A DNA stretch of 64,000 nt from Chrysomallon squamiferum (Eukaryota > Animalia > Mollusca). The DNA lies in assembly GCA_012295275.1 (NCBI GenBank), contig CM022670.1, forward strand, positions 1,612,001-1,676,000, in the 5' to 3' direction. Shown here piece by piece: positions 26,319-37,027 of this stretch; the first letter of the stretch is position 1, and the number at the start of each line of letters is the position of its first letter. The notes under the pieces are model-generated. The model had not been told where the DNA came from. It saw only the letters and a list, made by a program, of their open reading frames with translations, and made no database searches. The translations under genes were made by a program, and so were the position numbers.

Positions 26319-29300
26319 ATTCAGGTAAACCTGTTTATTTTTCCAGATTCTAGCAGCAGTCCTAGCCCAGTGCTGTCAGATCAGCCTGGCCCACTCAGTA
26401 GAAGTGTGAAACTGCGAGTCTCACGAACATGTAAATACTTTCTCTTTCAGTCTCCACTGAATGGCTAGCCTTTGAGGCTTTCTTGTGTTGCTGTGCTGTT
26501 TTCTGCATGTTAAAACAAAATATATATAATATATATTTATATATATATATAGGCTGGGGCTCACTTGCATAGATAGTAGTTTCGCTAATCACAAACGTAC
26601 CTTTTCTACTTTCATCTGCTCTTAACTGTGATTTTTAAATTTCTTTTTTTATCGTTCTAAATTTTAAGAAAAAGGTTTGTTAAAATGACCTTAATTCAGT
26701 TATGTTTAAGAATGATAAGCTAATAATTTCATAAATTTGTGACATATCATTTAAAGGTTTAAAGAACTTGATGTCTGGATGGAAAATGTTTGTGTATCAA
26801 TTATTAAGAATGTTTAAATTTAAAAAAAAATTAAAAAATTAATGTTTATAATTACTGTATACATTGTTGAGTTAATATAGTATTCCAGGTAGATAATACA
26901 GTTTTTAATTTATTAAATTGTAATTGGCTTATTAATCACTCAGGTTTTCTGATTATGATTTTTATATATTTTCAGAATGAATATTAATGCTGAACTTCAA
27001 ATGTTTATTACATAGTTGTTTTCACTAAGAACATCTAATAGTCATTTCCATAAGCAGTTATTTCATTGACTTAGCAATAAAATCAATATCATCAGATCAT
27101 AGTGATTTAAAACTAATAATTAAAAAATAAAAATAATCATAAACAATCAACTACAACAATAAAAACATTGTCCTTATTTATTCAAAATATTGGTAACAAA
27201 GATGAAGAATGTCTTCTTGGAATGATAATATTAAAGAAAATTCATTAAAGAATAATTGATTGGCAGAAAATTGTTTATAAAATTCAGCTTAATAAGACAG
27301 CATGGTTTTTCTTTTTTGTTTGATGTTAGTTTTTTTTTGTGGTGTAGAAAGAATTACATTATAGTTTTACATTGAGTACCTAATACTGATGATTGAAAAA
27401 AATATGTGTGGTATTATATTCAGAATAACTACCTGTGCTTTGTACACCTGTTGTTTCAACTAATTAATTAATTATCCTCTAAATCCTTAAAATATAAAAA
27501 TATTTCTAGAACCCGATTCTTCTAACAATTTAACATTTGTATATTTCTGTATATATATATATATATATATATTTATAAAAGTTCTTAACATATTTATTAT
27601 CTGATAAAATGTAATGTGAAAATTAAAAACATTTATTTTATTTTTATTAAAATGTTTCAATAAATTTTAAATTTTTGTAATTTCTGTTTTGTTTTGTTCA
27701 TTGATTTATAAGCAGGGTAACATTACTCTTGGTTTTTATGGAGTTATATATTTAAAATATACTATAATTTCTTCTTTGTTTCAATGTTTTTCTGTCAAAA
27801 TGTTATACTTGTTTCATTAAATGCATGCTATTTTTCTTGTGTTTTAAAAAAATTTGTTCAGACATTTTAAAAGATATATGAATTAAAATGAAATTTTGTA
27901 TTTAATTTTTATTTTCTTTGTATTTATACAATAATTGGAAATTTATAGACATTGACTACTTTTACCAAAATTAAAACACCCATTAAAATAGAAAAATGTT
28001 CATATTTTTAAGCTTGTAACTTAATTAATGTAATGAAAAATTTGTTTTATATTTAAATTTAGAAAATGTATAGTCATGCACCTGCCTTTTTTTCAGCTTT
28101 ATTTTTGAAATGTGTTCTACTGTGTTATAAATGTTGTTATATTTTGTAATTCGTTTTTCTTTTTGGATTATAATTTTCTTTTATTATTGTTATCTTTTAA
28201 TTAAATATTTTCTGTTCAGGAAAAATGTATTAATATAGCTGTTTTTAATTTTTTTTTTTTTACAGGGTTTCTAAAATCCAATAAGAAGAAAAAAGAAAAA
28301 CTGAAGAAAAAAAAGAAAGACAAAGATGACAAAGATAGTGAATCAGTGTAATTATCTTCAATTTCCATTCTGAAATTTAACTGGATATTATTTTTTAAAT
28401 AATATTTTAGAATACTATACAGACATTTAGTAATAGATCTAAATGTAAAAATTGTTAAATATGACAAAACTTAAGATATTCAAGATTTAAAAAAAATTTT
28501 TTTTACATTACAAAGTATTTTTTTAAAATATTTTATTATTTGGAATTTTAAAAGCATGTTATCAATTTGTATTTAGCTTTTAATCTACTAAAATCTGTTT
28601 ATTTCTTCTTTTTGTTTTTTTATATACACTTACTTAATAATCATTTATTTTTCAAAACTTTTAAATGTTGTTTATTTATATTCTGAACAGAGAAACTGAG
28701 AGTCAGGATGGTGTGAGTATTTATTTCATTCATATAAAGTCTTTGTTTATGGTAATAAAGTGACAACATTGATTAAACAGTTTTTAACTTAGAATCTAGT
28801 ACAGGTGTAATATAAATGAAAATGGCTGAAATATTAACTCTTTCATACTGAAAAGGAATCAGGAGTCTAAATGTTATTGTCTGTTATTAATGGCAATCAT
28901 GTATAAAAAAAATATCAATTTTTTGTTTTAGGTGACACCTGAAGTTGAAGTAGATGATGAGGGGTACAGGATACGACCAAATGACCCAATGGATAGTATC
29001 CTTGTTTGTTTGAAAACTATTAAGTTAAATTATTGTTTTGACTATAAAAGAATGTAGGAATTTAAAATCTCTTGTTTGCTAATGCTTTGATAGTGAAGAA
29101 GATTATTGTGCTGATGGATGTAAATAAAATATTGAGTATTATAACTTGATTTATGTTTGTAAAGAATCTGTTTTTGGATTTTATTTTTAAAAATATATTA
29201 AAATAAATTATATATATTTTTTGTTGTTGAAAAAACCATAGCTTGATTCCCTTAACTCCACACAGATAATGGTGACAAAAACAGCTGGTATTCTAGTGAA

Positions 29301-29920
29301 AGTGACACTGATTCAGGTAAATTATCACAGTCATTTATTAATGAGTTCATTATTTTTCAGAATCATTATATTCTTGATAAATTTCTTTCTTTGAAATTTA
29401 AAATGAAAATATCATACAAAAGCTTAATAGAATCTGCAGTGACCAAAGGATCATGATTAATTGAAAACTTTTTGGTATTGCTGATTTCCTTTGGAATAAT
29501 GTGCTAACAAATGAATCTTATGTTTAATGACAGTCATTTATAAATGGGTTTTGAAATTACAGATATGGATGAATTCCGGAAAAAAATAAAAGTTCAGATT
29601 CGTCCTTTGAGTCCCAATAGTGCCAATGCAACAGGAACAATTGAAGATATCCGAGCATCAGTAGAGGGTCTTAGACTGTCACCCACAGCAACGGTAAATC
29701 TGGTAGTGTCATTTGCTGTTGGTATTATATTGTTCATTATACAGGCTGAAATGAGGTTTCTAGAAATGACTTTTGTAAATAATTTTATTATTTTTGCACA
29801 GTATCAGTTCTTTGGGAATGAATTCTTAATATTGGAGATACTAGTTGTTTATCTTCTTTTTAAATATTTTGGCAGATTTAGAAATATTATAATTCCTTTT
29901 AAAATAGTTATATTAGTTTT

Positions 29921-29957
<37 letters not shown>

Positions 29958-30386
29958 TTTTTTTTTTGGAAACTTTATTTAAAAAAAAAAAAAAAAAAAA
30001 AAAAATGTGTATTTAAAGTATTGGAAATTTATTTCAGAGAAAGAAGAGTACCTCATCAGACAAGAAGATTCGTAGATCACAGTCAGAATCTGATACATTA
30101 GAGTAAGTAAATAATTTATTTATTTCATACATATGATTATGTTTTAATACCTAAAATTAACTTCTTTGATTTCACTGTTACATATATTTACATAATGTTT
30201 TTACTTGAATAATTAAAATAACCCTGACAACTTTCTTTATTTTTTTCACATTTATAGAAATTCCTGACTGTTTCTAATAATATTTTAGCTTAATGGTATT
30301 TGTAGTAGATTTTGCAAGTTCATAGATGTGAACCAATACTGAAGATTTCCACAACTAAATTTATTGTTTTTCTGAAAAGTATCATT

Positions 30387-30431
<45 letters not shown>

Positions 30432-30986
30432 TTGCATCACAGGGATTTCTGCAAATCAGAATAGCATTTAAATAGCTTACAGAATGTCAGTTAACCAAAT
30501 CTGTAAGTGAAAAGTGAATATTTTATTATCATTATTATCAGCATTGATTTCCTTTTTACAGCAAACCCAGCCAAGATCTCTTAAATCTCAACTTCTTTAC
30601 ATCATCAAGTGCTTCCACGCCTACAGGGGGGGTTAACTACAGTCTGCCGTCACCCATGTCGCTACAGACAGAGATCAACTGGAATTCTTCTCCGAAAACA
30701 TTCACCTCCCCAACACCATCCAATACACCAAGTATGTCAAGTTAAAACTGTTTATTCTTCTCTTTTATGTTTAAATCATAATGGCATGGTTAATGAAGCA
30801 AAAATATCATGAAAAACTTAACTCGGTTATTATTTAATAGGATTAAATCTTAATTCTTCAGTAAATATTGAATCAAGCAATGTGAACATTTCTATTTTAT
30901 ATCTGGGAATGGACTTCCATGTTTTATAGCCAGCTGGATCTTCTCCTAATTTCATAGAAATAAAGTATAAAATATTATTATTAATA

Positions 30987-31026
<40 letters not shown>

Positions 31027-32231
31027 CGAAAATGATACTGAAAAATTGCTTGAATATATGAATATATCATTTGCTTTTTAGACCTTGATTTATTTAGTCC
31101 AAACTCAGAGATCCATGAAAATAGCACAACAGGGAAGACAACCCCATTAAGTACTAGTTTATTTACATCTCCATCTTCAGTCTCTACAGTTGCTACAGCA
31201 ATAGCAAGACCAGCCTCCAGAAATAAAGGAATCATACCTCAGGTAAATTTTAATATACTCAAGAATTGCATTCTGATTTGTAATAAAATGGTAGATTGTA
31301 AAATAAGTACTTTTTGGAGGCATGTGACAGCAATTTTGATCTAAATTTTCTGAACAGCCACAAATGTAACTTTACCTACCCAAAATGAATATCTTGCAAA
31401 AATCATTATAGATGTGCTTTTATTTATAAGAGATTAATGGGAATGTAAGAAGTTCTTGCTGCTGTTGAAAAAAGAAAGAAGTAATTATTCTGAAATTAAT
31501 TTGTATTTAATAGATGGTTCTGATACAGTTGTAGAGTAGACTTTAAAATAAATATTTATTCATATGGTAGTGTAGTAACATGTATACATTATTACCTCTG
31601 TTAAAACCTACAGTGATTTTTAATGTTTTCTAGTTAAAAACAATGTTCAAACATTGTAGTGTGAGGGAAAAAACCCTGCCAAAGCCACTATGTGTAACTT
31701 AATGGTAATAATTATTTTTTTATTAGTAATCTCGTGCTTCTAATTTTAGCAGCGTTTCTATCTGAAACAAAGATTTACTTTATCAGATTTAATTGTCACT
31801 GTACTTTTTTTTTAAAACATTGCAAATATAAATAGTGCATTATTAAAAGTACTGTAACTGTTCTGGATGCACAATTTATGAAACATTTATTCTGACTGCC
31901 TCTCTCTACTGAAGATTTAAACATGCGTGTAATTATTATGATTATTTATATTACAGCTTTCAAAACAGTCCAGTCACGGCAGTCCTATTCCCTGTGTTTC
32001 CCGTTCAGACAGCAACATCACTTTTAATACAACATCCATGCCAGTTGGGTCGTCGCGAGGACCCAGTCCTCTCACTATTGGCATGTCAGACAACATTCCA
32101 CTGGCAGTGGCATTCACAGAGACTGTCAATGCTTATTTTAAAGGCCACGATGCCACCAAGTAAGAATCTCTCTTTCGGTAATTTGTCTAGGACCAACCGT
32201 TTAATCTTGTTGGACCTCTTGGCTGGTTTAG

Positions 32232-32266
<35 letters not shown>

Positions 32267-35200
32267 TATATATAAAATTTAAAGAAAGAAATTCCACATT
32301 TTTATTATATCATTGATATCTTTTTTATTGATGCATTATAATAAAAGTGTGGTGAAAAATTTATTTAGGTTCAGATTTTCGTCCTATTCAGTGGTTCATT
32401 TTGATCTGTCATGCATATAATGTGTAAGAAGACTGCTGTACTTGACAGAAATAAGATTAAATCAAAAACATTTCAGTTATATGTAAAAAATTAAATATGA
32501 TAAAATGGTTGGTCAAAAACTTCAAAAATATTTAGTGATCTAAAATAGCTATGTTTATTTTGTGTAAAAAATTGGGCACACATATAGGGCATGTAAAACT
32601 GGTATATTTGACGTTATATAGATGTGACTATATTAATGTTTCTTTTAGTAATGCATTACTAACCATCTTTATTTTCTTCTTTTGAGTTCGGTGTTGGTTT
32701 TTTTTTTTTTTTTTTTTTTATGTATGGCTTTGTGTTTGCTAGACATTTTTTAACTTAATGTTGAAAAACAGCATATTATGTTTGTTCATATATACATATA
32801 CATACATACATACATACATACATAGATACCAAATGTTTATGTTACTATTCTGGCTTTTTAGAATATATTATCTTTAATATGTAATTGGTTAAAATATTAT
32901 TTTAAACAATTCTTGTAATGCTACCTTAAAAATTGTAGTTCATAATTACAAAAATATTGAGTCTGATCTGTTTATTTGTGTTTGTGTTTTGTAATATAAG
33001 ATTTAACCAATATTGCTTTCATTTATTGTTTCTGATATCTGAAATATTTCTGAAATATGATATTCACTGCTTCAGAGAAATTACTCAGCTGAAACGTTTA
33101 TCTGTAAAGGTTAACTAACAAAAAACAATTTAGCATGTTCTGCATCATAAAATATTTAAAACTGACATCAGAATTACTACTTCATCGTGTAAGGACTTGT
33201 TCACATTGATTACAATTATTAGATGTGTCCAGACAGAATTTACATAAATGTGTATGTACAGATAATGTTCTGTTGCTGTCTCTAATGTAGAAGGTTGAGA
33301 AAATAAGATAATTGGGGATGTTGAAATTGACAAAAAAAAAAAAAAAAAAAAAAAAAAGTTCAGAGCAAAGCTATCAGTTTCTTTTTTTTTTTTTTAAATA
33401 ATAATAATTAAAAAAAAGACTGCTTGCATGTTAACTGCACTTTGATGATGATGTGCTGTTCAACGTATTGTGGAGATTGATAAGCCAAACTTAGTCTGCA
33501 CCCTTTGGTTTTTATTTCTGCCTGTGACCTCTTTTTCAGATCCATGTCTGAGGAAGATGTTGGTAGCAGGTGAATATAGAGAAAGGCTTTTACAGACTAT
33601 AATTTTTTTGTTTTTGCACCTTTTTTCTTTTATCATTAGCTATCTCCCATTCTTTTACACTGTAAACAGGTGTAGTTAAATAGTTAAGTATTCTGTTCTT
33701 CTGCCCCTCTATATCATCTTAATACCTTCCTTAATATAGTTTTTCACCTTGTTTGTTATTATCACACTATTCATTTGTAAAATTTTACTTTTTTTAATGG
33801 AAGAAACAATATGTATTTGATCGTGTGTGTGTGTGTGTGTTTTACTCCTTAGTATACTACTAAACATCTTATTTTAAAATTATATTATTTTCAGTATATA
33901 TTATAGCCTACATATTAGTATTATTACTGAATATCCCTGTAGTTTTATACATATATATTTATAATGCTATAAAATTATATAGCTCTGTATCTCTTGATTT
34001 TTAAATATTTATAAAAGGTTATTATTAATGAAATATATTTCTAAGAGACAAAATTTGAAAAATATTTTAAAATGAAAATTTGCCTAATGTTAGCTTTAAT
34101 GTAATTAGAATTTAATATACTTATTAAGTTGAAAATTATAGACACTGTTAAATGTTTTATTTTATTATTCATTATTTCACTTTTGATTTGATTTTTCACA
34201 TACCATTATTTTAGTTTTTATTTTATGGTGTTCATGTTTTAAATTTTGAACTAAAACCACTAATACCTCAAGTTATTGTGAAATAAAATGTTACAATACC
34301 AGTTTTACCAACAGTACATCAGATTATCCTTTCCTTATCCTTATTAGAGATTTATAAATTATTTTCAGTCATATTTGCTATTAAGTAAACAAACTTTAAG
34401 AATGGATCAATTAATTTATTGCAGATAATTGTATACTTGTTACCTGACTGTTAATACATTTTATATCCATACTTTATGACATTTGCCAAAATTTATAATT
34501 TTAGCAAATAATTTGATGCGCAAAATAACCATAGTCAATGCATATGAATTACTGAAATTAAAAAAAAAAAAAAAACAGATCATTTGTAGACCAAAATTTA
34601 ATGCAGATTATAAATTTGAATTCTTTACCATATCATAAAACATGTGACTGGAAAAAGCTATGGTCCTGGTTTTTTTTTAGAGATATAAATAATACTTTCT
34701 TTTCCTTTAGTTTTTGTTTAGTTCTACCTGAAAATTGGTAGAACTAAACATCTTTACACTGCTCAAAATGCATAAGTTACTATTCTTCTTATTAACTGGT
34801 ATTGATAATGACACAATTTAGTTTTTCCTCTGTATTTTCAGATGTGTTGTACGAATTGCAGGCAATGTGATGATGTCTTTCCCTGCAGGAGTAGTCAAAG
34901 TTTTTACAGAAAACCCTTCACCTGCCATGCTTAGTTTTAGAATAAAGAACATTTCCAGATTAGAGCAAATAACTCCAAATTCAGAACTTCTTGTTCAGTA
35001 AGTTTGATTAATCTTTATTTAATTTTTACCACTGTCAACTCTGTTTTAATTTAAGTTGAGAAAATAATGATATCTTTAGAAATGCTTTCAAAAAACAAAA
35101 AAAAAAAAAAAAGATAATTAATAGTAATAATAATAAAAAAAAAAAAAAAAAAAAACATTTGAGAATAAAAAAAAAGTGTCCCAGCCATTGCCATATATAT

Positions 35201-37027
35201 ATTTATTTATTTTTTCTTTTCTGACATTCAGAGAAAGAATCTCAAAATTAGCAGTTTCCAGCATGTTTACACTTTTACAAATAATTTGTCTGCCCTTTGA
35301 CCAAATCCGTCTAAGGAGAACAGAATAATAGGCATCATATTTTAACATAGATGTATGTCAAATATCAGGTTTGTCTCTACTTTGTTTTTTTTGAAATTCA
35401 CACACAGCTGTTTTCTTTTATTAACTGATTTTTTACACTTTCCAAAAATACTCTTTTGTCATTCTTATCAGAAGGCCAGGGTAGTGATGACTTTTATTTT
35501 GCTCATATTTTAACATAGCAAATTCCATGCATTTATTTTTTCAAATTTTTTTTTTAAAAATATTTATTGAGTGCTGTTTTCTTTTATGAGGAACCATACT
35601 TTTTTTTTGATTTAAAATAATGCTGGAACCATAATTTTTTGTATGTTTAATATGTGTGTATGTGTGTGTGTGTGTGTGTCTATGTGTGTGAGTGTATTTT
35701 CTATTTGAAATTTGCTTGATGATATTTTAGTTATAATGAATGTTTTTTTAATTTTTAAATCATTATTTTCAGGTAAAAACTAATCCTGGTGTTGAAAGCA
35801 CTCCATTACCTTTGGTAGTTTACTGGAAATGTGATGAAAAAAACACAGATTATCGTCTTGACTACCGGTACAACTCGGCATCCATGAGTACACTGTCAAC
35901 ACTGAAAAATGTCACTGTTGCTGTTAATGTCACTGGAGGTGTTACCAAGATGCAGAGCATCCCATCTGGCCAGTGGTAGGTGTTTTTTTTTATTCAGCTT
36001 ATAATTGTCTTATTTTATTTAAGTTAGGAAGTGGAGGTTTTTTATTTTGAATATTAGTTAGAACTCTTCAATGTTTATGTTGGAAAAAGAACAATAAAGG
36101 TTTAAGAAATAATGCATTTGTTTTGGAGAACATTATCAGTTTATTGATACTGGTAAATGAGTCCTGTATTTGTGTTATTTTACATATCTGTAATAAAAAA
36201 AGAACCTGTTCTTTTTCTCTAATAAATTTTTGATGTTTATTTTAATTACTGTTTTTAGTTTTTTTTTTTTGGAAAGACCCCATCCTTTTCCTGTAATAAT
36301 TTTCTGATGTTTATCTTAATTGTTTTGTTATTATTATTATTACTGCTTTATTTCTATTTTTATTTTGTTATTATTATTAATTAATATTATTTATTTTTAA
36401 TCATTACTGCCCTATTCTTTTCAAGATCAATATAAAATAAACTTAGGAAATAATTTTTTTAAAAATTGTGAATTTTTCATTACAAAGGAGTGAAGAGTAC
36501 AACAGAGCTACATGGAAGCTGAATGACATCTCTGATGTCAGTGAGGAAGCTAGTCAAGGTTGTATACGTGCCAAATTCGAGTTGAAGGCAGGTCCCAGTA
36601 CACCGTCAACAACAGCACTGCAGTTTGCCTCAGAGGGCAGCACCATTTCGGGAGTGGAGTTTGAACTAGTTGGTCCTGGTTACAGGATATCTCTAGCTAA
36701 GAAACGATTTGCATCAGGTGGGCAACTTTTTACATATTTTTATTAATAATATTTAGTTTTTTCACAGCCACCATCACAAAAGAAAGGAGAAGAAATAATT
36801 AATAAAATACACATTACTGATCTTTTAAACTGCCAGTGATATTAATTATTTTAATACAGTAATATGTAGTACATGAAAACTGTAAAATGTTGTGAATCAT
36901 TTTTTTTTTTTTTTTATTTCTAGTTTTAAAAATATTATTAATTAAAGTAATAGTAAATTATTATTTCTATTTTTGTTTTTCAGGCAAATACTATGTAGAC
37001 CCAGAACCTGACATGAAGTATGTATGA
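18450..37027 (+). CDS. FCHO2: F-BAR domain only protein (FCHO1/2 / muniscin orthologue), spliced gene of about 29 exons
   Basis: Spliced translation [39 protein letters not shown]...[20 protein letters not shown] (F-BAR); [10 protein letters not shown]...[10 protein letters not shown]...KIKVQIRPL...[15 protein letters not shown] (AP2-activating linker); [10 protein letters not shown]...[17 protein letters not shown]...[12 protein letters not shown]...[16 protein letters not shown] (mu-HD). All are recognisable against vertebrate FCHO2. All introns are GT-AG and phases are consistent except at exon 35232-35368. Confidence 0.96.
19609..19700 (+). CDS. FCHO2: FCHO exon 2 (F-BAR)
   Basis: tttttag|[30 protein letters not shown]|gtatgt, phase 0 to 2. 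Confidence 0.95.
20079..20153 (+). CDS. FCHO2: FCHO exon 3
   Basis: ttctag|(S)[24 protein letters not shown](G)|gtgagt, phase 2 to 2. Confidence 0.93.
20766..20907 (+). CDS. FCHO2: FCHO exon 4
   Basis: tttag|[47 protein letters not shown]|gtgagt. Confidence 0.95.
21191..21262 (+). CDS. FCHO2: FCHO exon 5
   Basis: tttcag|[24 protein letters not shown]|gtaaaa. Confidence 0.93.
21591..21671 (+). CDS. FCHO2: FCHO exon 6
   Basis: ctaag|[27 protein letters not shown]|gtcaga. Confidence 0.93.
21855..21945. repeat. (AAT)n microsatellite
   Basis: About 30 AAT units in an FCHO intron. Confidence 0.95.
22099..22123 (+). CDS. FCHO2: FCHO exon 7 (25-nt constitutive microexon)
   Basis: tttcag|AEAKYKKA+A|gtaagt; needed for phase 0 to 1 and aligns with AAVKSKKA of FCHO2. 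Confidence 0.9.
22373..22452 (+). CDS. FCHO2: FCHO exon 8
   Basis: tttcag|(R)[26 protein letters not shown]|gtatgt. Confidence 0.93.
22752..22850 (+). CDS. FCHO2: FCHO exon 9
   Basis: aacag|[33 protein letters not shown]|gtaatt. Confidence 0.93.
22970..23066 (+). CDS. FCHO2: FCHO exon 10 (end of F-BAR)
   Basis: ttccag|[32 protein letters not shown]+G|gtaggt. Confidence 0.93.
23724..23831 (+). CDS. FCHO2: FCHO exon 11
   Basis: ttctag|(G)[35 protein letters not shown]+G|gtacat. Confidence 0.9.
24621..24656 (+). CDS. FCHO2: Candidate FCHO cassette exon (36 nt, phase 1-1)
   Basis: atgttag|(G)[11 protein letters not shown]+G|gtacag; open and frame-preserving; no homology support. Confidence 0.55.
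25414..25431 (+). CDS. FCHO2: Candidate FCHO microexon (18 nt, phase 1-1)
   Basis: ctttcag|AT GCC GCA CTC TTC ATA G|gtaatg = (D)AALFI; two TGCATG just upstream. Confidence 0.6.
   Translation: MPHSS
26347..26430 (+). CDS. FCHO2: FCHO linker exon (84 nt, phase 1-1)
   Basis: ttccag|(D)[27 protein letters not shown]+T|gtaaat; GC-rich island in an AT-rich intron; boundaries somewhat uncertain. Confidence 0.75.
28266..28347 (+). CDS. FCHO2: FCHO linker exon (Lys-rich)
   Basis: ttacag|(W)[26 protein letters not shown](V)|gtaatt, phase 1 to 2. Confidence 0.85.
28691..28712 (+). CDS. FCHO2: FCHO 22-nt exon
   Basis: aacag|(V)ETESQDG|gtgagt; needed to convert phase 2 to 0. Confidence 0.85.
28932..28995 (+). 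CDS. FCHO2: FCHO exon upstream of the U12 intron
   Basis: tttag|[21 protein letters not shown]+A|GTATCCTTG; conserved VDEEGY motif. Confidence 0.92.
28996..29265 (+). other. U12-type (minor spliceosome) GT-AG intron, 270 nt
   Basis: 5' splice site GTATCCTTG; branch site TTCCCTTAAC at 29247-29256, about 10 nt before CAG at 29263-29265; no polypyrimidine tract; phase 1 joins both conserved exons. Confidence 0.9.
29266..29316 (+). CDS. FCHO2: FCHO exon downstream of the U12 intron
   Basis: cacag|(N)[16 protein letters not shown]+G|gtaaat; matches FYSSSDSDS of FCHO2. Confidence 0.92.
29563..29693 (+). CDS. FCHO2: FCHO exon, AP2-activating linker
   Basis: ttacag|(D)[43 protein letters not shown]|gtaaat. 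Confidence 0.93.
30038..30102 (+). CDS. FCHO2: FCHO exon
   Basis: tttcag|[21 protein letters not shown](D)|gtaagt, phase 0 to 2. Confidence 0.88.
30562..30731 (+). CDS. FCHO2: FCHO exon, S/T/P-rich linker
   Basis: ttacag|(D)[56 protein letters not shown]+A|gtatgt. Confidence 0.88.
31082..31242 (+). CDS. FCHO2: FCHO exon, S/T/P-rich linker
   Basis: ttttag|(N)[53 protein letters not shown]|gtaaat. Confidence 0.88.
31957..32159 (+). CDS. FCHO2: FCHO exon, start of mu-HD
   Basis: ttacag|[10 protein letters not shown]...[36 protein letters not shown](K)|gtaaga. Confidence 0.95.
33540..33569 (+). CDS. FCHO2: Candidate 30-nt cassette microexon inside the mu-HD (phase 2-2)
   Basis: ctctttttcag|A TCC ATG TCT GAG GAA GAT GTT GGT AGC AG|gtgaat; inserts [10 protein letters not shown] in frame. 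Confidence 0.6.
34842..34997 (+). CDS. FCHO2: FCHO mu-HD exon
   Basis: tttcag|[51 protein letters not shown]|gtaagt. Confidence 0.95.
35232..35368 (+). CDS. FCHO2: FCHO mu-HD exon, frameshifted as assembled
   Basis: attcag|...KESQN / [16 protein letters not shown] / ASYFNIDV / KYQ|gtttgt. Motifs homologous to DPSQ...ASYYNVDVLKYQ lie in different frames; 137 nt (needs 3n+1); TAA TAG at 35326-35331. Confidence 0.75.
35773..35975 (+). CDS. FCHO2: FCHO mu-HD exon
   Basis: tttcag|[35 protein letters not shown]...[15 protein letters not shown](W)|gtaggt. Confidence 0.95.
36488..36717 (+). CDS. FCHO2: FCHO mu-HD exon
   Basis: acaaag|(W)[15 protein letters not shown]...[51 protein letters not shown]+G|gtgggc. 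Confidence 0.95.
36984..37027 (+). CDS. FCHO2: FCHO terminal coding exon
   Basis: tttcag|(G)[13 protein letters not shown] then TGA TGA. Confidence 0.9.

Noticed and set aside
29544-30101. 185-aa ORF as a membrane protein
   Set aside because: Only 29563-29693 is exon; the hydrophobic tail is AT-rich intron read-through
33444-33551. Box C/D snoRNA (ATGATGA ... CTGA)
   Set aside because: Weak terminal stem, no recognisable guide, and it overlaps a better-supported microexon
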